A stretch of DNA of 41,678 nt, taken from Octopus bimaculoides (lineage: Eukaryota). Position 1 is the first letter of the stretch. The number at the start of each line of letters is the position of its first letter. Location: assembly GCF_001194135.2 (NCBI RefSeq), contig NC_068991.1, positions 26,590,189 through 26,631,866 of the forward strand, read 5' to 3'. The notes under the pieces were generated by a model. That model made no database searches, was not told the DNA's origin, and worked only from the letters and a program-made list of their open reading frames with translations. Shown here in pieces: positions 1 to 12,209 of the stretch. The position numbers and the translations under genes are program-made.

Positions 1-220
1 AAAAAATATTCAGACAAATACATAACAAAAACACCAGGACTTACAAATATATATAACATACAGAAAATTGCACTACTGGGTACTGCACACATTCTACGCA
101 AAACACTTTCAATACAGTAAACATAAGAGCACCACAGCAAACCACAGCAGATACCCAAGGCGCACAGAGCTGTGCTCGGTAGTGAAGTGAAAGCACGTTA
201 TAAAAATAAAACTACTGAAC
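1..220 (+). mobile_element. 3' end of an R4/Dong-like (RLE-endonuclease) non-LTR retrotransposon, copy A (C-terminus plus 3' UTR)
   Basis: Frame 1 reads KKYSDKYITKTPGLTNIYNIQKIALLGTAHILRKTLSIQ* (stop at 118-120). This is homologous to the C-termini of the copies ending near 1225 and 5850. A ~100 bp 3' UTR and an (AAT)n tail follow. Confidence 0.8.
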
Positions 221-256
221 AATAATAATAATAATAATAATGTTAATAATAATGAC

Positions 257-338
<82 letters not shown>
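221..338 (+). repeat. (AAT)n microsatellite, tail/target of copy A
   Basis: Near-perfect AAT run directly after the 3' UTR; source of the spurious poly-Leu ORF 109..408. Confidence 0.97.
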
Positions 339-399
339 GCCCGATGTTAGAATTTTTTTCTTTTCCAACGGTATAAGCTGTTGTGTAAATATGCTTGCA

Positions 400-1394
400 T
401 ATTCGCAACAGAACTCAGCGTTAATTCTGAATTAGATGAAGAACCTGAAACCACGGCAACCAAACAAGCAAAACGGATCAAAGAGACAGTAAAAATGAAC
501 AGGTAGAAACAAATTCAGTATCGGTGAAGCCAGAAGCCTCTGCATATATTCTTCGAAGTCAAATGCTTATGTAGACCAAGCATCAACTTAACAGTGGCTG
601 AAAAGCTCAAGTTTGATATTGAATGCACAAGACCAAATATTGCTTGCCAAAAACCACCAGGTTAAAGTTCTTCAAAACGGTTCTGCGATACATTTGACGA
701 AACAATAGACCGTCACTTCTCGGATATCCTGTTTTGACGCCAAACGAATACAAAAATCGTCACGATTGGGAAGGACAGTATTTATATTGGAAAATATGTA
801 AACACTACAAAATCAGCACTCCTACTTACTGGTATGAACATCATCATGAGCCAGTCGGTCAAGGTAAAAATGTCACTATCTTCTGGGATTTTCCAGTCAA
901 CACCGACAGAACGATCCAGGCTAATCGACCAGGTATAATCATTAAAGACAGGTAAGATAATACTTGTGGACTAATAGATGTGTTTCCATTGATAAACGTA
1001 TATCTGTGAAGGAATTTGACAAATCAAGTAAATATAAGGAGTTGGAAATCGAAATACAAAAGATGTGTAGAGAACTGTTCCTGTTATTGTGGGTGCCCTA
1101 GGTATGATAAGAAAGGGATGTCAGAAACATCTATATAATATTCCAAGCGAACCATGTCTCAGAGAAATCTAAAAGATTGTGCTAACAAGTACTGCCCACT
1201 TCCTTAGAAAGACACTATCAATTTAAATGTATGTGTTGTATTACATGAAGATACTTCGCTACTGCCCCTGCTACTGCCCCTCCCCAAGCTTTCAGTCATA
1301 CTGTAACATCTCTTATCCTTTACTCGCCCAAGGATGTTGGGTGTGTCTCGGCAAGTGATTGTAAGAAACATACAGATTAAGTAATAATAATAAT
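400..1394 (+). mobile_element. 5'-truncated, frameshifted R4/Dong-like retrotransposon, copy B (zinc-knuckle and RLE region, 3' UTR, short AAT tail)
   Basis: Broken frames give QKPLH, VDQASTQQWLKSS, AQDQ, ETID, RHDWEGQYLYWKICKHY, IFWDFPVNTDRTIQANRPGIIIKD, SKYKELEIEIQKM, VPVIVGALGMI and KIVLTSTAHFLRKTLSI*. Tail aataataataat at about 1383-1394. Confidence 0.85.
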
Positions 1395-2089
1395 GTGCTA
1401 CACCGGAATATCCATTCGAAAAAAATCTAATCTAATAGCATCGGTGGAATGGGATAAAGGAACCTGTGGAAGACTTGAAGGAAGCAGTCTTTTAACGAAA
1501 ATAATCACAAAAAACGAAATTTTACTGCCATGCAAAATACAGTTTCTCCTATACACGATATGTCAGGGAAAGACGTGCCAAACTTACACACGAAATCAAC
1601 ACCGGAAAGTTTACAAATTATAAAATATAAATGGAACAAAAGAGTAAGTATATAAATTGAGTAATTACGCACACACTCGGATGTCTACACAATCATATAT
1701 ACATTTTAATACCCATAGGACTACACATACATACCAATGTTTAAACAACTACGTTAAATTTACAGCACACACATACACGCATATGAAAATACGTGTCTCA
1801 AACAAGCAAAAGCAAAAAAAAAAAAACATTTTTTTTATTTTTCGAACTAACACAGACAGAGTAAACAGATTCATAAGTTTAAAGACACCATAAAAAACTA
1901 TGCCTGGAGATAAATCTATAAAAAAAAATACAGACGAATACAGATCTGTTAGCCATAAGAAGCTACGTTAAGAACAATGTTTACATGCAGAGAGCTCGGA
2001 GGCGGTGCTGTATCAAAAAATTAACCCTAAACAGACAGATCCAAGCTCGTCATGTCTTAATGATAACAAAGCAAAACACAAACGGATCG

Positions 2090-5000
2090 GGTGTCAGCCG
2101 GAACACCAACGACCAAGTAGTCGAATGATGAAACAGATTTGATTTGAAAGGTCAGCTACTGGTTGAAATCTTCCCGAAACACAGGAGCTGGAAGTCCCCA
2201 CAACCGGAATATTCCAACAGATGACTATCCATGCTCGTCATCAAATAATAAAAAGAAAGATCATGAAAAATGTTCTAGGGGAGATGGTAAAGAAATTCTT
2301 ACAGCCTTCTATCAGGCCATATATTTCCTCACAAATAAATCTAATACTGTACAAACTATTTAAAATGTAGACAGAAACACCTTGAAGTAAGGACCATACA
2401 TAGACAGTAACAAACTTGCCAACGTCAGAAGAAACATTATGAAAAAAAAATTACTAACTGAAATGGAGATTGGCCAAATTAAACAATCAGCAAGGGATAA
2501 TAGGAACGAAGTTGCAGCTAAAGAAGATACTACAGAGGTAATAAATATAGACCAGCCTAGGGCTGATAAAAATGCAATGATGTTTGAAAGAGTTAACGTA
2601 ACTGATAAGCAAAATAAAATAATCTCTGAACCAACCATAGACACTAAGGCAGATGAAAATCAAATAGATGGAGATAGTCACGCAGAAATTGCCCCAACAG
2701 AACAACATGATCTATAAAATCAAAACATGATTAAATAGCTGAAAAATGAAAGGAACCCAAAATTTCGCATCTCTAACCAAAACCTGAAAATAATTGGTAA
2801 AGTCGACTTTGCACTTAAGGGTATAATTTCAGGTAATGATGTTAATATTACAGATTTCAACCTCCTGTATATGCGTCAGCGAAAATCTCAACGATTCTAC
2901 TTGGTGAAAAGATTGGAAAACAACAACATTTCCACAAAAAGCCTATCTGGCAAGAGCGTATTCAACACCAAATTCAGCTACTTAGGTCTGACATAGAATG
3001 TTTAAAAGACCTTAAGTTTGACAAGACTATCAAACCAACAAAAACCGAACAATAAAGAAAAAATATAATATGAAAACCATATTTCACATCGATACCATCA
3101 TAGAAACCATCAAGCAAAAGTTATCTGCTAACGCTGCCCCCATAACAAGGTATAAAAAGGGCGAAAAGAAAATCAAACTGGAGGAGTAGAATTGAAACTG
3201 AGATTGACTCATTGCGAAGGGAGATATCAGTATTAACTGCACTAATGTCTGGAAATGGTGTAAGATCAAGAAAAGGCAGGAAGATCGTGAGAAAAAATAG
3301 ACTCTCAACAAGAGAAGAACTAATGTCAGCCAATGAAACACTTAAACAAAAAGTTCAAGCAAAAGCTCAGAGAATACGCAGATTTGAGAAAAGAATCAAA
3401 TTCTACAAGCAAAATAAGATGTTCAAATAAAATTTTCAAATTCAATACCAAATTATTTCACAGGGAAATAGGGAAAGAAAAAATAACCATTGAAAATCCA
3501 CCCCTAATGGAAGAAGTGAAAACGTTTGGAAAGGGATCTGGAGTGATGAGAAACAATACAATGAAAATGCAGACTGGATCAAACGCACCCAAGATGCCTA
3601 CAAAAATCTACAAGAACAGGTATGGGAAGACATCTCAATCGCCGACCTAAGGACGTCACTAACGAAGGCTCATAAGTAGAAATCCCCTGGTACTGATAGA
3701 GTACAAAATTTCTGGCTCTCATCACTCTCTTCCGCAAACAAAATGTTAGTAATACTATTTAATAGTATTATGAAAGACCCAGAAAAAACTCCCCATTCGA
3801 TGGAAAATGGTATTACTTACCTCCTCCCGAAGAATAACGAAACAAAAGACCCCAAAAACTACCGGCCTATAACCTATTTGTCTATTACCTATAAGATTTT
3901 GACATCTATTCTAGTGGAGAAAACATATACGTTTATGGAAGAGAATAACCTCTTTCCCACTGACCAAAAAGGATACAGACGGGGCTCATACGGATGCAAA
4001 GATCAGCTCTTAATTAATCGCATGATCCTTGAGAACTGCCATAACAAGCGCAGAAATCTCAGCTCTTCATGCATTGATTATAAAAAAGCCTGTGGCAGCA
4101 TACCACATTCGTAAATTCTGAAATCGATGGACATTTTCAAAATTTCTCATGTGATTTCACATTTTTTAAAGTATAATATGTCACTATGGAACATGAGGTT
4201 CCAATTATGTCATTTTAATGGAGTATTGCGCTCAAACAATATTAGCATAAACTGTGGCATTTTCCAAGGTGACTCACTTTCACCACTAATTTTCTGCATA
4301 GCACTAATACCACTCTCAAGTGAACTGAATAGAATAGGGTATGACTACAAAATTGACAACAGGAAAATAAGCCATCTATTTTATATGGATGATTTAAAAC
4401 TATATGGCGGAGATGATGAAGAGCTTCAAGGACTACTACATACTGTGAAAGGATTCAGTGAGGATATCGGGATGGAGTTTGGCCTTGAAAAGTGTGCCAA
4501 AGCCACTTTTAAGAGAGGAAAACTGGTAAAGTCAAGTTCAATAGAATTAGATGTCGAAACAGTAATAAAAGAACTTGAGCAGGAACAAACCTATAAATAC
4601 CTAGGAATAAATGAAGGCTCTGGTATCCAGAATACAAGCATGAAAGAGAAGGTTAGGAAGGAATGTTATAGAAGAGTTTGTTCGAGCAGTTCTGAAGTCT
4701 GAGCTGAATGTATATAATAAGGTGTTAGCCATAAATTCCTTAGCACTCCCAGTTGTTCTTTATAGCTTCAATGTGCTTAACTAGAATACCAGTGAAATAG
4801 TCAAAATTGATAGAAAAAACCACAAGTTACTGACTTGTAATACGATGCACCATCCAAAGGCAGACGTGGATCGTTTTTACCTTCCCAAATCTCAGGGAGG
4901 TCAAGGCTTGATCCAGCTTGCACTTACATACAAAACCATTACAATCGGACTGGCCAAATACCTTGAAACAACCAATGATTGGATGCTGAAACTTGTTGAA

Positions 5001-6012
5001 AAACATGAAAGACCGAAAAAACTTTACTCTTTTCTGAAAGCTTGATCAGGTTGAAGGAAATGCGCCAACTGCTGCTGCAAATAAAATAAAATTAATTGCA
5101 AAGACAAAAGCAAATAAAAAATTATCTAGCAGATGGGAACAGAAACCTCTGCATGGCAAGTATGTGGCTCGTAGCAAACAAGCTGATGTCGACCAGAAAC
5201 ACACACATCAATGGTTACGAAGCTCAGGGCTAAAAGTAGAGAGTGAAGATTTCATATTAGCTGCTCAAGACCAAAGCTTATTAACCCGGAACAACCAAGC
5301 CAATGTGATAAAAATGGAGCTGACCAAAAATGCCGATTCTATAACGATGCGATTGAAACTATAGACCACCTAATCTCAGGGTGTAGAATATAAAGCAAGA
5401 CATGACAGAGTCGGCCAGTATTTACACTGGACAATATGTCGGCATTATAAAATGAAAACCGCTGACAAATGGTATAGACACCATCCTGAAGCTGTGACTG
5501 AGGGAGAAAATGTATCCATTCTCTGGGACTTCCCTGCACATACCGACAAAACTATAAAAGCTAATAAACCGGATATTATTATAAAAGATCAGACAAAAAA
5601 GATGTGTTTATTAATAGCGGCGAAAGAATTTGACAGGATCAGTAAATATAAAGACTTGCTAATAGAAATTGAAAAAATGTGGCACCTCAAGGCAACTACC
5701 GTACCAGTGATTGTATGATCTCTAGGAATGATAAAAAAGGTTACTGAAGCCTATTTGAAAATGATATCAGGCTTACCATCTCTACAGGAAGTGCAAAAAA
5801 TGGTGTTAACTGGAACGACTCATGTACTGAGAAGAGCATTATCGCTGTGAAAAGAACATCCATTCATGAATTTATTTATTTATTAATTTTTTTTAATACA
5901 TATTTTACCTGTGAATTTGCTTGTGTAAACTGGGAATGCATACTATGAGTTTCTCTGCCCTGGGTGTACGGAAAACACTCGGTGAAAAATGGAAGAAAAT
6001 TTGAAGAAAACA
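2090..6012 (+). mobile_element. Near full-length but inactivated R4/Dong-like non-LTR retrotransposon, copy C (5' boundary uncertain, may extend to ~1395)
   Basis: Colinear pieces of one large ORF: N-terminal domain (KKKLLTEMEIGQIK, ~2160-2500), RT (3743-4702), post-RT HHPKADVDRFYLPKSQGGQGLIQL (4845), degenerate CCHC knuckle KCRFYNDAIETIDHLISGC (~5328-5385), RLE NKPDIIIKD (~5563-5590) and C-terminal VLTGTTHVLRRALSL* (~5850). Many stops and frameshifts. Confidence 0.9.
3743..4702 (+). pseudogene. Reverse transcriptase domain of copy C (disrupted)
   Basis: Motifs PKNYRPIT, QKGYRRGSYGCKDQLLIN, DYKKA..SIPH, GIFQGDSLSP (Q at 4265-4267), HLFYMDDLKLY (YMDD 4382-4393), DIGMEFGLEKCA and YKYLGI. A premature TAA at 4112-4114 replaces the expected Trp. 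Confidence 0.93.
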
Positions 6013-6022
6013 AATAATAATG

Positions 6023-6105
<83 letters not shown>

Positions 6106-6171
6106 AAGAAGAAGAAGAAGAAGAACAACAACAACAACAACAACAACAAGAACAACAACAGCAACAACAAC
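6013..6171 (+). repeat. Compound microsatellite (AAT)n-(AAG)n-(AAC)n at the 3' end of copy C
   Basis: Directly visible; source of the spurious low-complexity ORFs between 5905 and 6450. Confidence 0.97.
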
Positions 6172-7086
6172 GATAGAAATTGGCATTTCTGGAATGTATT
6201 TGTGGCTCAACTAAGAAAAGAAGAGAGATTGCTTCATGACAATGAGTGGGTCTGGTATTTTGATATGGAATGTCTAAGATTCTTGCATTTAGCCATTCAA
6301 CCTTTTAACAATCTTGCCGCAATATATCTCTATAAGACAACAAGTTACAACTGGAATTATTACAACGAATCGCTGGCGTCTGGCATTCTTTCAAGTGATA
6401 TCGTACAAAAGACAGAACATTTGATGGAACGATTTACGGTTACAACCTAATATTAACTGTCATTAAAATATTGGGTTATTTTTACGAAACCACGAATGTT
6501 TAGTTTATTTTATAATTGATTAACCTAACTCTGTAACCTACAATCATAAATATTGATTTTATATTTTTATCGTCTGTTGATTATAATATATGCGTGACTT
6601 ACCACAACTGCATTTCTTTAGAAACAACTGATATTCTTTTGGCAGTGTAATATATTGTTATGGAGGAAATGCGACGCTTTGCTTAATAGCTGAAGATGGT
6701 GGGATATATAAATGCATTCTCTTTCTCTTTGTGTAGATAAAAGTTGAGAGTTTTCCAAGAGGTGCAAAGAAAATACAACCGTACTTTTCTCTTTTGCGAT
6801 GCCGTGTACTAAAGGTTGCAATATATTTCTTTACAAATGAAATTGTAAGTAGAATTTATAAAATTGTATACTATTTTCTTTGATTTTCAACCAAATTACT
6901 TCAGGAGATATGACTAATATTTTTTGGAACGCTATTCATATTTAATTTGAAACTCTATCAAGTTTTTCTGAAACTTATCGAAAAGAATTTCTTTGATGTT
7001 ATTCAACACGGCAATAACGGAACTGGGAAAAAATATTTGAAATCGTCAATAGAAATAGCTGCTGTCATTCCAAGAATATTGCTTAA

Positions 7087-9491
7087 CCTTCCGTCTACCA
7101 GTAGATCCAATGAACCCATGTCAGTTTTTTCAGTTGCTTTTTCTTACTGTTTATATTATTTGATTCTGCTGATTTCTTGTGACTCTTATTTTATATTGAC
7201 TCTTTTATTTGTAAAATGGGAAATTTTCTGTATGTTTATAAAAGTTAGAAAATTCCACTTCATGCATTAATTACCGTATGGGTCCATTCCTCCCTCGCAT
7301 TAAATTAAGACACTAATCTCATCATTCGAAACAGAATAAAAGCATTATCAAATATGATTTTCTTAGATATTTATCAGATATAAAATAGATAAAATTGTCT
7401 TCAATTTATTTGCTGAATTTTAGATAAAATAGGAAAAATTATGAAAATAATCCTGTAAATTTGTGTGGTATTGCATTACCTTCAATCTGCTAGGTTATAG
7501 TGTGATGCAAACTTTCTGTGATGACGCATTTCTTACAATGTATTGCATCATCTTTCAGGAGAGTATAAATATGTGGGAGAGCAATGTCTGCCTTTAGTCT
7601 GTTATCAAGTTTCATGCAGTTCAGTTGTGCTTTCCAGTATGGTTAGACGTGGAAACCTAAGTGAAGACCAAATATCAAAAAGTTTATTGGAATTGTCTGA
7701 AGATGATGGTGTAAGTGATTTGTGCTGGACAGTTTAGGTTCTGTGTCATTAGGTGATGAAGATACTCAAAAACAATTATCTACAAGCCACCCAATTATGA
7801 ATGAGCAATATGTTTCTAGAGACAGACAAGAAGTTTGGCATTCTAATCTTCTTTCTCAAGCCGCAGTAAGGACTTCATCCTGCAATATTGTGCGCAAGAA
7901 TGTGGGCCATCCCGTTTTGCTAAAAGGTCTTGCAATAGCATTAAGACATATTTTACTATCTTTATGCGCCATGGACAAATGTTGAAGATCAGGTTGTTTA
8001 CAAAGATAAATGGAAGGAAATTCATCACTCTGAACTAAAGAAATTTATTGGACTGATTATTCTTATAGGTGTTTAAAAATCTAAACATGAAAATGTCACA
8101 CAGTTATGGAGTCAAGAAGCTGGCTGCCCAATATTCAACAAAATAATGAGTCGGAGAAGATTTCAACAGATTTTTCAAATATTGCGTTTTGATGATGCTT
8201 GTGCAAGACGGAAACAGAGAAGTGATGGTAAATTGGAGCCCATAAGAGAAGCATTTGAAATGTAAAATCACAATTTGCAAGGTGGATATGTTCCAAGTTG
8301 ATGCATGACAATTGATGAAAAATCAATTTCATTCAGAGGGCGCTGCTCATTCTGGGTGTGTATATTCCTTCAAAACCAGGGAAATATGGAATTAAAATTT
8401 GGGTAATATGTGACGGTGAAACATCTTACGCCTGAAAAATTCAAATCTACACTGGAAAAGTCCCAGTAAAAGGGAGAGAGACACATCAATGTTCAAGAGT
8501 TGTTGAAGACCTAGTAAATGAACTTGAAAATACTGGTCACAATATAACTTGTGATGAATTCTTTACAAGTCTAGGATTGGCTCGAAAGCTGCTTATCAAG
8601 AAAACTACTTTAGTTGGAACAATTACACAGAACAGAGTTGAACTTCCAAGTGCTTTCACAAATGGAAAAGAAAGAGAAATCAACAACACAATATTTGGAT
8701 CTCAAAAGGATTCTATGGTCCTATCTTATTGTCCCAAGAAAAATGTTGTTGTCACACGTATGAGCACAATGCTCTTAGCCTTCACTTGATACAAAAAGTG
8801 CTGAAAAGGAACCTGAAGATATTACATGTTACAACAAAACAAAAGGAGGAGCAGATATCTTAGATAAGATGGTAAGGACATACACTTGCAAAAGAATGAA
8901 TCGAAGATGACCTATGGTTATATTCTACAACATGATTGATATAAGTGCAGTGAATGCTAAACACCTTCACTTGCAAAGTTTCAAGGATAATAGAAGACAG
9001 TGCCTAATTCAGTTAGGAGAGGAACTTGCTGGAGCTACCTCTAAACAAGAACATGATAAACAATCTTCTAATTCTGCTAACATTTCTCAACCAAACAAGA
9101 AAAGCGGACGATCTTCAACCTCATTTGAGATTCTTCAACCAAAGAAAAATGGAAGATATTCTTTGTTTGACCTAAAAAAAAAACACAGGAAAACTTGTAC
9201 TAGATGTAAGAATTGTAATATCCATGTTTGCCAAGAACATTCCAATGTTGTCAGCATCCACTGTCGTGAAGAGCTGTACTTCTGTATCTTTGTTATTTTA
9301 AAAATTTATAATATATCCTGTAAGCTGTAGTTTTCTTCTTTAAAATTTGTTAGAAACAGTAATTCTTAATTCAGCTGCTAGCATATGAAATAGTGGTAGT
9401 TTGAATAAACTTTAATTAAGAGAAAAATATTGGGTCCATTGGACCCAGTTGGTAATTAGTGACATAGTTTTTTTCTCTGGTAGACCATGGG
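7087..9491 (+). mobile_element. Full-length (2405 bp) decayed piggyBac DNA transposon
   Basis: TTAA at 7083-7086 and 9492-9495. Left end CCTTCCGTCTACCAG versus reverse complement of the right end CCCATGGTCTACCAG (11/15 identical). Related subterminal motifs on both sides and an internal transposase relic. Confidence 0.88.
7639..9272 (+). pseudogene. piggyBac (PGBD4-like) DDD transposase pseudogene
   Basis: Pieces across frames: MVRRGNLSEDQI, IMSRRRFQQIFQILRFDD, MTIDE (D1), KPGKYGIKIWVICD, NITCDEFFTS (D2), LVGTITQNR, YNKTKGGADILDKM (D3), FYNMIDISAVNA and a Cys-rich C-terminus (CTRCKNCNIHVCQEH). Multiple stops. Confidence 0.9.
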
Positions 9492-10359
9492 TTAATATTT
9501 GTTGCAGTAATTTTATATATTACTCATCCAACCTCACACAAGTGGAAATACAGTGCATAGCAGATAAATCTTCAGGAAACATCACAAAGTTTATTTGCAC
9601 TTTTGTTATATAGTTTATTGTACTGCATTAACATTTATCAATAATAAAATACCAAATAGAAAACTGCAGGACCAGAAAACCTATTCAGGTCTTTCGGTCG
9701 TCTAGTAATATCAAAAATAAAACTCCCTTAAATCACAACCTGACACATGGAAAACGGAAAGATAAAAGGAAATGAGAATAACTTACTATATACTCATCAA
9801 AATACGACTGCCCAGTATCGTACCAATGTTTTACTTATTTCCAGCATTTCAGATATTCTCTCACGTTTTCGTAAAGAAAGGTATTTTGTTTTAACTGAAA
9901 TATAAACTTTCTCATAATGAGGTATGGTTCATAAACGCAGCTCTATATGTACGCAAACAGATGTTCATTGTTTCTAATAAAAACAATACATAGCAAGCAA
10001 AATATTCGAAAGTTCATCATTAATGTGGAAAAAGTATTGAAACACAATTTCATATATAAATAGAAAGTGAAAGATGATATAGATTTGCGCATTACAATAT
10101 GAACATATATATATATATANNNNNNNNNNNNNNNNNNNNNNNNNNNNNNNNNNNNNNNNNNNNNNNNNNNNNNNNNNNNNNNNNNNNNNNNNNNNNNNNN
10201 NNNNNNNNNNNNNNNNNNNNNNNNNNNNNNNNNNNNNNNNNNNNNNNNNNNNNNNNNNNNNNNNNNNNNNNNNNNNNNNNNNNNNNNNNNNNNNNNNNNN
10301 NNNNNNNNNNNNNNNNNNNNNNNNNNNNNNNNNNNNNNNNNNNNNNNNNNNNNNNNNNN

Positions 10360-10740
10360 TTAGGAGCCACATGGTTCCGGGTTCAGTTCCACTGCGTGGC
10401 ACCTTGGGCAAGTGCCTTCTACTATAGTCTCGGGTCGACCAAAGCCTTGTGAGTGGATTTGGTAGACGGAAACTGAAAGAAGCCCGTAGTATATATGTAT
10501 ATATATGTATGTGTGCGTGAGTATATTTGTGTGTCTGTGTTTGTCCCTCCAACATCGCTTGACAACCGATGCTGGTGCGTTTACGTCCCCGTAATCTAGC
10601 GGTTCGGCAAAAGAGACCGATAGAATAAGTACTAGGCTTACAAAGAATAAGTCCTGGGGTCGATTAGCTCGACTAAAAGGCGGTGCTCCAGCATGGCCAC
10701 AGTTAAATGACTGAAACAAGTAAAAGAGTAAAAGAGTATA
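10360..10740 (+). mobile_element. tRNA-derived SINE, family 1 (5' end cut by gap)
   Basis: B-box-like GGTTCAGTTCC, body CCTTGGGCAAGTG...GGATTTGGTAGACGGAAACTGAAAGAAGCCCG, central TA/TG tract, 3' TAAAAGA repeats. Homologous copies at 15570, 18250 and 38716. Resembles octopus SINEs from recall. Confidence 0.8.
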
Positions 10741-10939
10741 TCGGATAAATGAAAACATCTGTAATGATAACTGAAACTTCATAAGTGCAAAGAACTGATG
10801 TCGAAGATGAACCATCAATAAACACTAATAAAAACACAAATTAACAAAGTCCCGGAAAATTAATCCATATAGAGCTAAACCGGTGTACGCTTGGATGAAA
10901 TACACTCCTGAGAAAGTGCAACCTGTTTCCAGTAGAAAT

Positions 10940-10978
<39 letters not shown>

Positions 10979-11644
10979 TTCTCTATGTATGTGTGTGTGC
11001 GTGCGTGCGAGCGTGTTAGCGTGTGTGTGTGCATAGATGCTTATATATACATAGACATGAATATGTAATTATGTATGCATGCATGTATTTACGTAGTACG
11101 TATTTATGTTGCTAAGTTCAGTGAAATTCAATGAGCACTAATACACAAGAGACACCATTATTTCATTTCAACATGAGCCATTATGAAAAATGACATGAAG
11201 CGATAAAAATCTGAAATAGCTAACATATTTATATATATTTAAACACTGCTATAATTCTTTGATAAACCTATGTTATAAAATGGATGCAAGGATTTCAGAA
11301 AAAATATACATGAATCATTTATGGAATTCTATGTAACAGAAAAATAACAAATGTTGCACACCTATAATTTTATATTCCATTATATATTCGATATAGCGAA
11401 AAACAAAATGTGGTTCATTAGCCATGAAATGTGAATAAATTTTTCCTTGGTACAGTTAATATAAATAGTGTTTATCAAAATAGTTCGCATAAACATAGCA
11501 TCCGATTTATTAAGTAGTAAAACGCATTTATCAAAAAATATGATTGGTTTAATTCTGTATCTTCATGAATATTACAAGTATTACTAAAGAAAAATAAGAA
11601 TAATATTCTTTTGTTCTCTGGGCGCAAGGCTCGACATTTTAGAG

Positions 11645-11760
11645 GAAAGGACACCAGTACGTAACTGGTACTTAATTTATCGACCCCAAATGGATAAAAA
11701 GCAACGTCAACTTCGATGGAATTTGAACTCAGAAGGTAAAGACAGACGAAATAAAAATAA
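11645..11760 (-). mobile_element. SINE family 2 fragment
   Basis: ggtacttaatttatcgacccc...ggaatttgaactcagaa...gacagacgaaata is clearly homologous to 24690-24835. The reverse complement contains the B-box-like GAGTTCAAATTCC. Confidence 0.75.
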
Positions 11761-11914
11761 GAAATATATTGTAAATACAAAGCATATGTATATTTATGAA
11801 AAAAATGTCGAAGGTACTTCTCGTGGCATTAGCTCGTAAATATATTTTCTTCGCTTGGACGCAACGCTGGTCCGTCGGAGTATTTACTCGTTTTTGCTAA
11901 GAGAATGGAATAGA

Positions 11915-12005
11915 ATAAAGTAAAATGAAGTGTTTTGCTCATGAACGTAATGCGTCGGCCGGTCCAGGAATCGAAACCACAAATTCACGGTCATGACTGG
12001 AACAT
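11915..12005 (-). mobile_element. Degenerate tRNA-derived SINE 5' fragment
   Basis: The reverse complement contains a GGTTTCGATTCC B-box-like motif followed by ...GAGCAAAACACTTCA, similar to the head at 27095-27190. Confidence 0.5.
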
Positions 12006-12173
12006 GGTCTGTAGAATATGGATATAATATTTGGAAAGCAATAAGAATTAAAGAACAAATGCAATCCAGAAAATTTAGTGGCTTTCACTTACCTAGCGGT
12101 CACTAATGATCATGCGTCACATCTCACCGCAGGAGGTGATGTCAAGGATTTCTGTTTACAAAGGGTTAAACAC

Positions 12174-12204
<31 letters not shown>

Positions 12205-12209
12205 TACAT

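Noticed and set aside
2111-2165. Imperfect hairpin gaccaagtag...ctactggtt enclosing cgaatga...gaaa near the 5' end of copy C, superficially hammerhead-like
   Set aside because: The core deviates from CUGANGA at two positions, there is no credible stem II or III, and I could not assemble an HDV-like fold either.
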